Source: Candidatus Krumholzibacteriia bacterium (lineage in GTDB: Bacteria > Krumholzibacteriota > Krumholzibacteriia > LZORAL124-64-63). From it: DNA of 64,000 bases. The notes beneath the pieces are model-generated. The model did no database searches. It had not been told where the DNA came from and saw nothing but the letters and a program-made list of their open reading frames with translations. Below, piece after piece: positions 9,737-18,417 of this stretch; the first letter of the stretch is position 1; every line of letters begins with the position of its first letter. Location: the NCBI GenBank assembly GCA_041390065.1, contig JAWKQQ010000008.1, positions 251,846 through 315,845 on the forward strand, given 5' to 3'. The position numbers and the translations under genes were made by a program.

Positions 9737-11212
9737 ATGCGCGACCCCTTCGCCGCCCTGACCCGCAAGCAGCGGCTACAAGCCTGGCGGCTGACGGCCG
9801 ACCGCCTGGTGCGGCGCCCCTGGCGCCCGGGCCGCCTCGTGCGCCGGCATGAAGGCCCCGCCAACCTGGTGCTCGTGGGGATCGACACCCTGCGCCGCGA
9901 CCACGTCACTCCCGAGCTCATGCCCAATCTGCTCGCCCGGGCGTCCGCCGGATTCGATTTCATGGACACCTCGGCGCCTGCCCCGTGGACCCTGCCCTCG
10001 TTCGCGGGCGCGCTCACCGGCCTGATGCCCGCGCAGCACGGGGCCCGCCTCACGGGCGACGTGCGCAATATGGACCGCCAGCCCCCCGGCCGCCTGCGCA
10101 GCGATGTGACCACGCTCGCCGGCCACCTCGCCCGGCAGGGTTACCGGACCTGCGCCGTCTACGCCAACCAGTTCTTCGCCTTCGGCCTGGCCGAGAGCTT
10201 CGGCGAGCACGTCTACCGCAACCTCCGGGCCGACGCCCTGCTGGACGTGGCGCTGGAGTGGATCCGCCGCCACGCCGACGGCCCCTTCTGCTGCTTCGTG
10301 CTCCTGAACGACCCCCACGAGCCCACCACGCCCCGGCCGGCGCTGCTCGAGCCGGAGCTGGCCCGGCTCGACGTGCCGCCGCCGCATGCACGCGAGTTGC
10401 GCGCCCTCGCGGGCTGGGGCGACCCCGCCCGGCCGCAGGCTCACCTCGGCCTCTGCGGCTGGCCGTTGCCCGAAGCGGCCCGGCGGGCGCGCAAGCTCAA
10501 GGCGGCCATCTACCGGGCGGTCGTCCACGAGGTGGACCTGGCGCTCGGGCGTTTCCTCGGCCGCCTCGACGCCTGGGGCCTCACCGACCACACGCTTTGC
10601 AGCGTCTTCAGCGATCACGGCGAGGAGTTCTGCGACCACGCCGCCGAGGCCCACGCCTGGGACCACGATCCCCGGCGGGTGCGCGGCATCGGTCATGGCC
10701 ACACCCAGTTCCAGGAGCTGCTCGGCGTACCGTGGTTGGGCTGGGGGGCGGGTGTGCCGCAACGCGGGCGGGTGGCGCGGCCGGTCTCGCTGCTCGACCT
10801 CACGCCCACGCTGGTCGACTGGCTCGGCCTCGCACCGTTCCCGCTGCCGCCGCTGCCGCTGGCCGCCCTGGGCGGCCGTTCCCTCGCCGCCGGGACGGAC
10901 ATCGACGACGATCGTCTGCTCCTGGCCGAGGCCATCGCCTACGGCCCGGACGTGGTGGCCCTCCGGCGTGGCCGCTGGAAGCTGATCGCGCACCGCGACG
11001 GCCGGCCGCTGGGCCTCTACGACCTCGCCGCCGACCCGCGCGAACGCGACGACCGCCAGCAGGCCGAGCCGGAGGTCCTGCGATCGCTCCGGCAGGACCT
11101 CGCGGTCTGGCGCGAGGCCGCGCCGTCGTTCGACGGACACGGCCGCCGCGGCTGGGACTCGCTCACCAGCGAGGTCCGCCAGCGGCTGAAGGACCTCGGC
11201 TACGGCGAGTGA
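9737..11212 (+). CDS. sulfatase / alkaline-phosphatase superfamily protein
   Basis: Start at ATG 9737 inside the longer ORF 9245..11212. LVLVGIDTLRRDHV metal-site motif. Contains TGLMPAQHG and the DPHEP region. Confidence 0.65.
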   Translation: MRDPFAALTRKQRLQAWRLTADRLVRRPWRPGRLVRRHEGPANLVLVGIDTLRRDHVTPELMPNLLARASAGFDFMDTSAPAPWTLPSFAGALTGLMPAQHGARLTGDVRNMDRQPPGRLRSDVTTLAGHLARQGYRTCAVYANQFFAFGLAESFGEHVYRNLRADALLDVALEWIRRHADGPFCCFVLLNDPHEPTTPRPALLEPELARLDVPPPHARELRALAGWGDPARPQAHLGLCGWPLPEAARRARKLKAAIYRAVVHEVDLALGRFLGRLDAWGLTDHTLCSVFSDHGEEFCDHAAEAHAWDHDPRRVRGIGHGHTQFQELLGVPWLGWGAGVPQRGRVARPVSLLDLTPTLVDWLGLAPFPLPPLPLAALGGRSLAAGTDIDDDRLLLAEAIAYGPDVVALRRGRWKLIAHRDGRPLGLYDLAADPRERDDRQQAEPEVLRSLRQDLAVWREAAPSFDGHGRRGWDSLTSEVRQRLKDLGYGE

Positions 11213-11227
11213 TCCCCCGGACGCGGA

Positions 11228-12307
11228 TCAGTCGACGCAGCGCGTGATCACCTGTCCGGCGAGCTCGAGGAAGATCTCGCGGATCGGCCCGGCATCCTTC
11301 TGCAGCATGAGCGGCCGCCCCGTGTCGCCGCCCTCGCGGATCCGCATCTCCAGGGGGATCTGCGCGAGCAACGGCAGGTCGAACTGCCGCGCCACCCGCT
11401 CGCCGCCGCCGGTGCCGAAGATGTCGTACCGCCGGCCGTTGTCCGGGCACAGGAAGTAGCTCATGTTCTCGACGATGCCGAGCACGGGCACGTCGACCTG
11501 CCGGAACATCTGCACGCCGCGCCGCACGTCGGCCAGCGCCACCTCCTGCGGCGTGGTCACCATCACCACGCCGGCCACCGGCGTCTGCTGCACGAGGGTG
11601 AGCTGGGCGTCGCCGGTACCGGGCGGCATGTCCACGACGAGGTAGTCGAGATCCTCCCAGACGGTGTCCTTGAGGAACTGCTTGACCGCCGAGAACACCA
11701 TGGGACCGCGCCAGATCACCGCCTGCTCGGGGTCGATCAGCAGGCCCATGCTGAGGACCTGCAACCCGTGGGCGCGCCCGGGATGGATCCTGCGGTCCGC
11801 GGTCACCTCGGGCGCCTCGGTCACGTCCAGCATGGTGGGCAGCGAGGGACCGTAGATGTCGGCGTCGAGGAGACCGACGCGCAGCCCCTCCTGGACCAGA
11901 GCCAGCGCCAGGTTCACCGCGACCGAGCTCTTGCCCACGCCGCCCTTGGCGCTCGCCACGGCCACCACGCGGCCGACGCCCGGCAGGCGCTCGCGGTCGG
12001 CCCACGGGTCGGGCGACTGGCCATGCGGGCCGGCGGCGGCGGTCTTCTGGGCCTTCCCGGCGCCGGAGCGGTCATCCACCTCGACGGACAGGTTCTGCAC
12101 GCCCGGCAGCCGGCGGAGGCGTTCCGGGCCGCCTCGCACACGGCCGCGATGGTCTCCTGCTTCTCGGTCGTGCGGACGATCCGCACCACCACCTCGCCGT
12201 CCTGGATCTCGATGGCGCCCACGAGGTCGATCTTGACGATATCGACCTTGGTGCCGGGGACCTTCCTCGCGCAGGGCGGCGAGGATGTCGTCACGGGTCA
12301 GGCTCAA
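11228..12307 (-). CDS. apbC: Mrp/ApbC Fe-S cluster carrier ATPase (apparent frameshifts near 12110 and 12260)
   Basis: N-terminal MIP18-like (DUF59) segment VDIVKIDLVGAIEIQDGEVVV is read in a second frame. The P-loop VAVASAKGGVGKSS and the ParA-like body are in the main frame. The two shifts compensate. Confidence 0.75.
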   Translation of the reverse strand: MSLTRDDILAALREEGPRHQGRYRQDRPRGRHRDPGRRGGGADRPHDREAGDHRGRVRGGPERLRRLPGVQNLSVEVDDRSGAGKAQKTAAAGPHGQSPDPWADRERLPGVGRVVAVASAKGGVGKSSVAVNLALALVQEGLRVGLLDADIYGPSLPTMLDVTEAPEVTADRRIHPGRAHGLQVLSMGLLIDPEQAVIWRGPMVFSAVKQFLKDTVWEDLDYLVVDMPPGTGDAQLTLVQQTPVAGVVMVTTPQEVALADVRRGVQMFRQVDVPVLGIVENMSYFLCPDNGRRYDIFGTGGGERVARQFDLPLLAQIPLEMRIREGGDTGRPLMLQKDAGPIREIFLELAGQVITRCVD

Positions 12308-12402
12308 GGCGGTTGCCTCCGGTTGGCGGGCACCGGGGTGCCCGACGTCTTCAGATGTAACAGTGTCTCAATGGTGTTCGCCCACGCCGGTCGGCGCAAG
12401 CG

Positions 12403-12870
12403 TCAGCGCAACCCCAGCGCCCCGATGATCCTGGCGACCACGCGGTCGTGGTCGAACGCCAGCGGCGGCAGAGCGTCGACGGGGAACCAGCGGGCCGTCA
12501 CGGCGTCGTCGCCGCCCATCACCGCCGGCAGCTCGCCCACCAGTTCGGCCACGTAGACCACCGACACGGTATGGCCCCGGGGATCGCGGTCGGGATCGCC
12601 GAAGACGTGGAACTGCCGGAACGGCAAGCCGCCGAGGCCCGTCTCCTCCGCGACCTCGCGGCCCACGGCCTGGTCGGGATCCTCGCCGTACTCGACGAAG
12701 CCGCCGGGCAGGGCCCAGTGGCCCTGGTACGGCTCGCGTCCGCGCTCGATGAGCAGGACGTGGGAGCGGAAGCCGCCGCCGGCCCGCGGTCGGCGCACCA
12801 GGACGGCGCCGTCGACGGTCAGGGCCGGGCTCCGGAACCGTGGGTGCAGGCAGCCGTCGTCGCCGTTCAC
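12403..12870 (-). CDS. NUDIX hydrolase
   Basis: NUDIX box GGFVEYGEDPDQAVGREVAEETGL. Confidence 0.7.
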   Translation of the reverse strand: MNGDDGCLHPRFRSPALTVDGAVLVRRPRAGGGFRSHVLLIERGREPYQGHWALPGGFVEYGEDPDQAVGREVAEETGLGGLPFRQFHVFGDPDRDPRGHTVSVVYVAELVGELPAVMGGDDAVTARWFPVDALPPLAFDHDRVVARIIGALGLR

Positions 12871-12874
12871 GGGG

Positions 12875-13219
12875 CTATTCCGGCTTGAAGGACGCCATGG
12901 CGGCCTTGCAGTCCTCGTACGTCTCGAAGACCAGCTTGAGCTGGGTGACGTTGAGGATGTTGTCGATCCGCGCCGACACCGAGCAGATCTTCATCACGCC
13001 GCCGTTCTTCTTCAGCGTGTGGAAGGCCGAGACCAGGATACCCAGGCCCGTGGAGTTGATCCAGGTGACCTTGGACATGTTCAACAGGATGTCCACGTAG
13101 CCGTCGTTGATGAGCGACTTGATCTCGCTGTGGAACTTCTCGTAGTCGGGCCCGCCCATGATCTTGCCCGACAGGTTGAGGACCATGACCTCGCCCTCGG
13201 GCGCCTGCTGGATGTTCAT
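12875..13219 (-). CDS. STAS-domain protein (anti-sigma-factor antagonist SpoIIAA-like)
   Basis: Start at MNIQQ (ATG 13219, GGAGAA RBS). 114 aa, rich in K/I/N. Local GC is visibly lower than the surroundings. Confidence 0.7.
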   Translation of the reverse strand: MNIQQAPEGEVMVLNLSGKIMGGPDYEKFHSEIKSLINDGYVDILLNMSKVTWINSTGLGILVSAFHTLKKNGGVMKICSVSARIDNILNVTQLKLVFETYEDCKAAMASFKPE

Positions 13220-13386
13220 CGTGTTCTCCCATGTGCTGACGGGGCCGTCCCTGGAGGGCGGCCCCGGGGGTCCGTGGCATCCTGACACAATGCCTGTTCC
13301 CGGCGGCCGAGGCAAGCGCTCGCTGGACCCCGACCGGGCCCGTCTGGTACATTCGGCGCGTCCGCCCCTCGTCAGGAGCACGGCGC

Positions 13387-14811
13387 ATGAGTCCTGTCCG
13401 GCCACCCGTCCTCGCCGGGACCTGGTACCCGGCCGACCCCGAGCGGTTGCGCGCCCGGGTGCGGGAGTACCTCGCCGCGGCCGACCCCGCCCGCCGGCCG
13501 CCGGGGCGGCCGACCGTCGTGCTGTCGCCGCACGCCGGCTATCGCTATTCCGGCCCCACCGCCGGCAAGGTGCTGGGACTCCTGCGCGGCCTGGAGTTCC
13601 GGGCCGTGTTCATCCTCGCGCCCAGCCATCGGGCCCACCTCGTAAGACCCGCCCTGCCGGCCGCGACCGGGTTCGCCACTCCGCTCGGCACCGTCCCGGT
13701 GGCCGGGGAGATCGTGGCCCGCCTGGCGGCCACCGGCGACTTCACGGTCGACGAGGCCGCCCACCGCGACGAGCACGCCGTCGAGATCCAGCTGCCGCTG
13801 CTGCAGGAGGCCCTGCCGGCGGGCACGCCCATCGTGCCCATCCTGGTGCCGCCCCTCGCGCCGGAGCTGCGCCGGGCCGCCGCCCGCGCCCTCGACCCCT
13901 ACCGCGACGGCGACCACCTGCTGCTGGTGTCGAGCGACCTCACCCACTACGGTCGAGCGTACGGCTACGTTCCGTTCACCGAGCACGTCGGCGAGCGCCT
14001 CGAGGAGCTCGACACGGGCGCCCTGTTGCGTATCCTCGCCCACGACTCCGAGGGCCTGCTCCGCTACGGACAGCAGACCGGCATCACGATGTGCGGCCTG
14101 GAGGCGGCCGCCCTGGCCCTGGACAGCCGCGAGCCCGGCCCCCACCACGCCGAGCTCGTCGACTACACCCGCAGCGCCGACGGCGACGGTGACCCGGACC
14201 TTTCGGTCAGCTACGCCGGGGTGCTCATCTGCCGCGACCCGGCGATCGCCGGGCTCAGCGACGCCGATCGACGGTTCCTCCTGACCCTGGCCCGGCGTTG
14301 CCTCGAGGCCGCCGTCCGCGGCGAGCCCGCCCCCACCCCCGCCGCGCTGGCCGCGGAGCTGGGCCAGGAGCTGTCGCCGGCGCTGAACGAGCGGCGGGGC
14401 GCGTTCGTCACCCTCCGGAGCGGTGGCCTTCTCCGGGGCTGCATCGGCTACATCGAGGGCCACGCGCCCCTGGCCGAGGCCGTGGCCGCCAACGCCCGCA
14501 GCGCCGCCCTGGACGATCCCCGGTTTCCGCCCGTGCGCCCGCAGGAGCTGGCCGGTCTGCACATCGAGGTGTCCGCACTGACCCGCCTGCGGCCCGTCGC
14601 AGGACCCGAGGCCATCACGGTGGGTCGGCACGGGGTGCTGCTGGAGAAGGCCGGCCGCCGGGCGGTGTTCCTGCCCCAGGTCGCACCGGAGCTGGGCTGG
14701 GACCTGCCGACGATGCTCGGCGAGCTGGCCCTGAAGGCCGGCCTCGGCCCTGATGATTGGCGGTCCGGCTGCCGCTTCCAGGTCTTCGAGGCCGAGATCT
14801 GCGAGGAATGA
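13387..14811 (+). CDS. MEMO1-family / AMMECR1-domain fusion protein (AmmeMemoRadiSam proteins B+A)
   Basis: N-terminal MEMO1-like (PVLAGTWYPADP..SPHAGYRYSG..SSDLTHYG). C-terminal AMMECR1 (RGAFVTLRSGGLLRGCIGYIEG..PRFPPV..FLPQVAPELGW). Confidence 0.75.
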   Translation: MSPVRPPVLAGTWYPADPERLRARVREYLAAADPARRPPGRPTVVLSPHAGYRYSGPTAGKVLGLLRGLEFRAVFILAPSHRAHLVRPALPAATGFATPLGTVPVAGEIVARLAATGDFTVDEAAHRDEHAVEIQLPLLQEALPAGTPIVPILVPPLAPELRRAAARALDPYRDGDHLLLVSSDLTHYGRAYGYVPFTEHVGERLEELDTGALLRILAHDSEGLLRYGQQTGITMCGLEAAALALDSREPGPHHAELVDYTRSADGDGDPDLSVSYAGVLICRDPAIAGLSDADRRFLLTLARRCLEAAVRGEPAPTPAALAAELGQELSPALNERRGAFVTLRSGGLLRGCIGYIEGHAPLAEAVAANARSAALDDPRFPPVRPQELAGLHIEVSALTRLRPVAGPEAITVGRHGVLLEKAGRRAVFLPQVAPELGWDLPTMLGELALKAGLGPDDWRSGCRFQVFEAEICEE

Positions 14812-14837
14812 CCGGCGGCGTCCGCCAGGAAAACCTG

Positions 14838-14866
14838 TTGTTCAGTCCGAGTCACGGGACTATTCT
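14838..14866 (+). promoter_or_regulatory. putative sigma70-like promoter upstream of spt (-35 TTGTTC, 17 nt spacer, -10 TATTCT)
   Basis: Hexamers read directly from the sequence about 55 nt upstream of ATG 14923. The segment is locally AT-richer. Confidence 0.3.
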
Positions 14867-14922
14867 ATCGGCTTACCTGCCGTCGCCCCCGGCGGTCCAC
14901 CTCTGCCACGATACCGGAGATC

Positions 14923-16101
14923 ATGGGTCTTCTCGACAAGGTTCACCAGTTTCAGACGGCGCGCCAGCTCATGGCCGCCGGTCTGTACAATTACTTCCGG
15001 CCCATCGAGACCGCGCAGGAGAACACGGTCCGCTACAACGGCCGTGAAGTCATCATGCTCGGCAGCAACAACTACCTGGGCCTCACCAATCACCCCAAGG
15101 TGAAGGAGGCCGCCAAGGCGGCCCTCGACAAGTACGGCAGCGGCTGCGCCGGCTCGCGCTTCCTCAACGGCACCCTCGACGTGCACGTGCAGCTCGAGCG
15201 CAAGCTGGCCGACCTGGTGGGCAAGGAGGAGGCGCTGGTGTTCTCCACCGGCTTCTTCGCCAACCTGGGCACCATCAGCACCATGGTCGGCCGCAACGAG
15301 ACCGCGATCGTCGACCGCACCGACCACGCGTCGATCATCGACGGCTGCCGCATGAGCTTCGGAAACGTGCGCAAGTACAAGCACCAGGACATGGAACACC
15401 TCGACTACTGCCTCGAGCAGGAGCGGGACGTCAACAAGCTGGTGATCGTCGACGGCGTGTTCTCCATGGAAGGCGACGTGGCCAGGTTGCCGGAGATCGT
15501 GCCGCTGGCGAAGAAGCACGACGCCCTGGTGATGGTGGACGACGCCCACGGCGTGGGCGTGATGGGCAAGCACGGCCGCGGCACCTGCGACCACTTCGGG
15601 GTGACCGACGACGTGCACCTCATCGTGGGCACGTTCAGCAAGAGCCTGGCCTCGGTCGGCGGTTTCGTGGCCTCCGACGCCGACACCATCCACTACATCA
15701 AGCACCTGGCGCGGGTGATGATCTTCTCGGCGAGCCCCCCGCCCGCGTCGGTGGCCTCGGTGTCGGCCGCCATCGACGTCATGCTGGAAGAGGAATGGCG
15801 TCACGAGCAGCTCTGGCGCAACACGCGGATCCTCATGGAGCGCCTCCGGCAGGCCGGCTTCGACACCGGCCCGAGCGAGACCCCCATCATCCCCGTGGTG
15901 GTGGGCGGCGACGTGGAGACCTACCGCATGTGCGTCCGCTGCTGGGAAGAGGGCGTGTTCGTCAACCCGATCGTGTCGCCCGCCGTCGAGCCGGGCAACG
16001 CGCTGCTGCGGCTGTCGCTCATGGCCACCCACACCGAGGACGAGATCCACAAGGCCATGGACATCATGGTCAAGGTGGGCAAGGAAGTGGGCGTGATCTA
16101 G
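14923..16101 (+). CDS. spt: serine palmitoyltransferase (alpha-oxoamine synthase family, PLP-dependent)
   Basis: 392 aa. GTFSKSLASVGGFVAS PLP-lysine motif and ..MIFSASPPPASVASVSAAIDVM.. closely resemble bacterial SPT. Homologs with other functions in the same family (BioF, Kbl, CapB) are not fully excluded. Confidence 0.75.
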   Translation: MGLLDKVHQFQTARQLMAAGLYNYFRPIETAQENTVRYNGREVIMLGSNNYLGLTNHPKVKEAAKAALDKYGSGCAGSRFLNGTLDVHVQLERKLADLVGKEEALVFSTGFFANLGTISTMVGRNETAIVDRTDHASIIDGCRMSFGNVRKYKHQDMEHLDYCLEQERDVNKLVIVDGVFSMEGDVARLPEIVPLAKKHDALVMVDDAHGVGVMGKHGRGTCDHFGVTDDVHLIVGTFSKSLASVGGFVASDADTIHYIKHLARVMIFSASPPPASVASVSAAIDVMLEEEWRHEQLWRNTRILMERLRQAGFDTGPSETPIIPVVVGGDVETYRMCVRCWEEGVFVNPIVSPAVEPGNALLRLSLMATHTEDEIHKAMDIMVKVGKEVGVI

Positions 16102-16123
16102 CGACTCCGCGGCCGGTTCCGGT

Positions 16124-16156
16124 GGGGGCGGCTCGCTGGCCGCCCCCTTTCTTCTT
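16124..16156 (+). terminator. intrinsic terminator-like hairpin after spt
   Basis: GGGGGCGGC-tcgctg-GCCGCCCCC: perfect 9-bp GC stem, followed by TTTCTTCTT. Confidence 0.5.
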
Positions 16157-16286
16157 CATCCCGGCGCCGACGGCCAGGCGGCGAAGGCGCCGGGACGGCC
16201 GCCGCGGCCACCCGCCAACCCGACTCTTGCCATCGCGGCCCGTTGCAGGCACCCTAGCGGCATCACCCCCTCAGGAGGCTTCGCCG

Positions 16287-17411
16287 TTGAGCGTCACCGT
16301 CACCCCCGTCCGCGACAAGCGCGACCTGGCCCAGTTCCTGCGGATCCCCTACCGGATCTACGGCAAGAACCACCCCCAGTACGTGCATCCGCTGATCGCC
16401 CAGATGAAGGCCTTCCTCGACCCGAAGAAGAACCCGTTCTTCCGCCACGCCGACACGCAGCTCTGGGTGGCCCGCGACGGCGCCATCCCCGTCGGCCGCA
16501 TCGCCGCCTGCGTCGACGCGAGCAGCAACGAATACCACGACGAGCTCGTCGGCTTCTTCGGGTTCTACGAGGCCCCCGACGACCCCGAGGTGGCCCGGGC
16601 CCTGCTCACGACCGCCGCGAACTGGATCAAGGACCAGGGCATGGCCACCATGCGCGGCCCCGGGTGCTTCACCACCAACCACGACTACCTCGGCCTGTTG
16701 ATCGACGGTTACGAGCGTCGGCCCGTGCTCGGCATGCCGTGGCAGCCGCCCTACTACCGGCCGCAGTTCGAGCAGTTCGGCCTGGTCAAGGCCAAGGACC
16801 TGCTGGCCTGGGACTTCCGCGTCGAGGGCAACCGCATGCCCGAACGCATGGCGCAGTTCGCCGAACGCTTCGAGAGCCGCAAGGACTTCACCATCCGTGG
16901 GTTCCGCATGGACCGCTTCTGGGAAGAGGTGGAGATCGTGCGCGGCCTCTATTACGACGCCTGGAAGGACAACTGGGGCTTCGTCCCCCTCGACGAGGAG
17001 GAGTTCCGGCACCTCGCGAAGGACATGAAGAGCATGGTCGACCCGGGCCTGTTGCTGATCGCCGAACGCGACGGCGAGCCCATCGGCTTCTCCATGTCGA
17101 CGCAGGATTTCAACGAGGCGCTCAAGCCCCTGAACGGCGCCCTGCTCCCCTTCGGCTGGCTCCGGTTCCTGCTGGCCAAGCGCCACATCAAGGGCTGCCG
17201 GACCCTGCTGCTGGGCGTCAAGCCGGAGCACCGCCAGCGCGGGGTCGACACGCTGCTGGTCTACGAGAGCATCAGGTACGGCCTGACGCGGGGCTACGAC
17301 CACAGCGAGGCGTCCTGGATCCTCGAGGACAACGTGGCCATGAACCGCGCGCTCGAGAAGCAGGGCGCCAAGGTCAAGAACATCTACCGGATCTTCGAGA
17401 AGGACGTGTGA
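16287..17411 (+). CDS. GNAT-fold acyltransferase (candidate bacterial ceramide synthase, bCerS-like)
   Basis: TTG start preceded by AGGAGG. GNAT motif A LGVKPEHRQRGVDTLL. Stop overlaps the next start (TGATG). Confidence 0.55.
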   Translation: MSVTVTPVRDKRDLAQFLRIPYRIYGKNHPQYVHPLIAQMKAFLDPKKNPFFRHADTQLWVARDGAIPVGRIAACVDASSNEYHDELVGFFGFYEAPDDPEVARALLTTAANWIKDQGMATMRGPGCFTTNHDYLGLLIDGYERRPVLGMPWQPPYYRPQFEQFGLVKAKDLLAWDFRVEGNRMPERMAQFAERFESRKDFTIRGFRMDRFWEEVEIVRGLYYDAWKDNWGFVPLDEEEFRHLAKDMKSMVDPGLLLIAERDGEPIGFSMSTQDFNEALKPLNGALLPFGWLRFLLAKRHIKGCRTLLLGVKPEHRQRGVDTLLVYESIRYGLTRGYDHSEASWILEDNVAMNRALEKQGAKVKNIYRIFEKDV

Positions 17412-18417
17412 TGGCCGCGGCCGTGGTGGTGACCGGTGCGTCGGGGTTCCTCGGCAGCCACGTCTGCGACGTGCTCCTGGAGCGCGGCCTGGCCGTGCGC
17501 GCCGCCCACCGCGCGTCGAGCAACCTGCGTTGGCTCAAGGACAAGGACCTCGCGACCGTGTCCGTCGACCTCGCGCGGCCCGACGAGGCGCGGCCCTCGT
17601 GGACGGTTGCCGGGCCGTGGTCCACTGCGCCGGCGTGGTGATGGCCGACGCGGCCACCTACGAGCGGGTGAACGTGGACCTGACCCGCGCCCTGCTCACG
17701 GCCGCCGCCGCGGCCGGCACCGTCGACACCTTCGTCCTGATCAGCTCCCTGGCGGCCGGCGGTCCCGCCGGCCTGCGGCAACCGCGCGGCGAAGGCCAGC
17801 CCGACCGGCCCATCTCCCACTACGGCCGCAGCAAGCTGGCCGCCGAGGGGCTCCTCGCCGCCGGCTGGCCCTTCCGCACCGCGGTGCTGCGGCCCCCCTC
17901 GCTCTACGGCCCCCGCGACCGCGAGTTCGGCCCCCTGCTGCGCGCCGCGTCCCGCGGCTGGACCGCGCGTTTCGGCCGCGCGATGGACGGACTCAGCCTG
18001 GTGCACGGACGCGACGCGGCCGCGGCCGCCGTGGCGCTGCTCGACGCCCCCGGCGCGGTCGGCGTCTACCACCTGGACGACGGCCCCGGCCTCGACGGCC
18101 CCCGCGACCCGGGCCGCCGCTGGCCGTGGGGCTACGACTGGAACGAGTTGCACACCGCCCTGACCTGGCTGTTCGGCCGCTCCGTGCGCCGCCTGGAGAT
18201 CCCGCTGGGCCTGCTGCGCCTGGCGAGCCGGCTCGCGGGCGAGCGGCGCTTCCGTTCGCCCGTCCTGCACCCCGACCGCATCCGCGACCTCGACACGCCG
18301 GGCTGGGTGTGCACCGCCGAGCGTCTGCGCCGCGACACCGGCTGGCTGCCCGTCCACAACCTGGCCAGCGGCCTGCGCGACACCCTCGACTTCTACCGCC
18401 GCCGCGGGTGGATGTGA
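17411..18417 (+). CDS. NAD-dependent epimerase/dehydratase-family reductase (candidate ceramide reductase CerR-like; apparent frameshift near 17590)
   Basis: VVTGASGFLGSHV Rossmann motif in the first frame. The continuation in a second frame (from 17530) carries the catalytic YGRSKLAAE. Confidence 0.6.
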
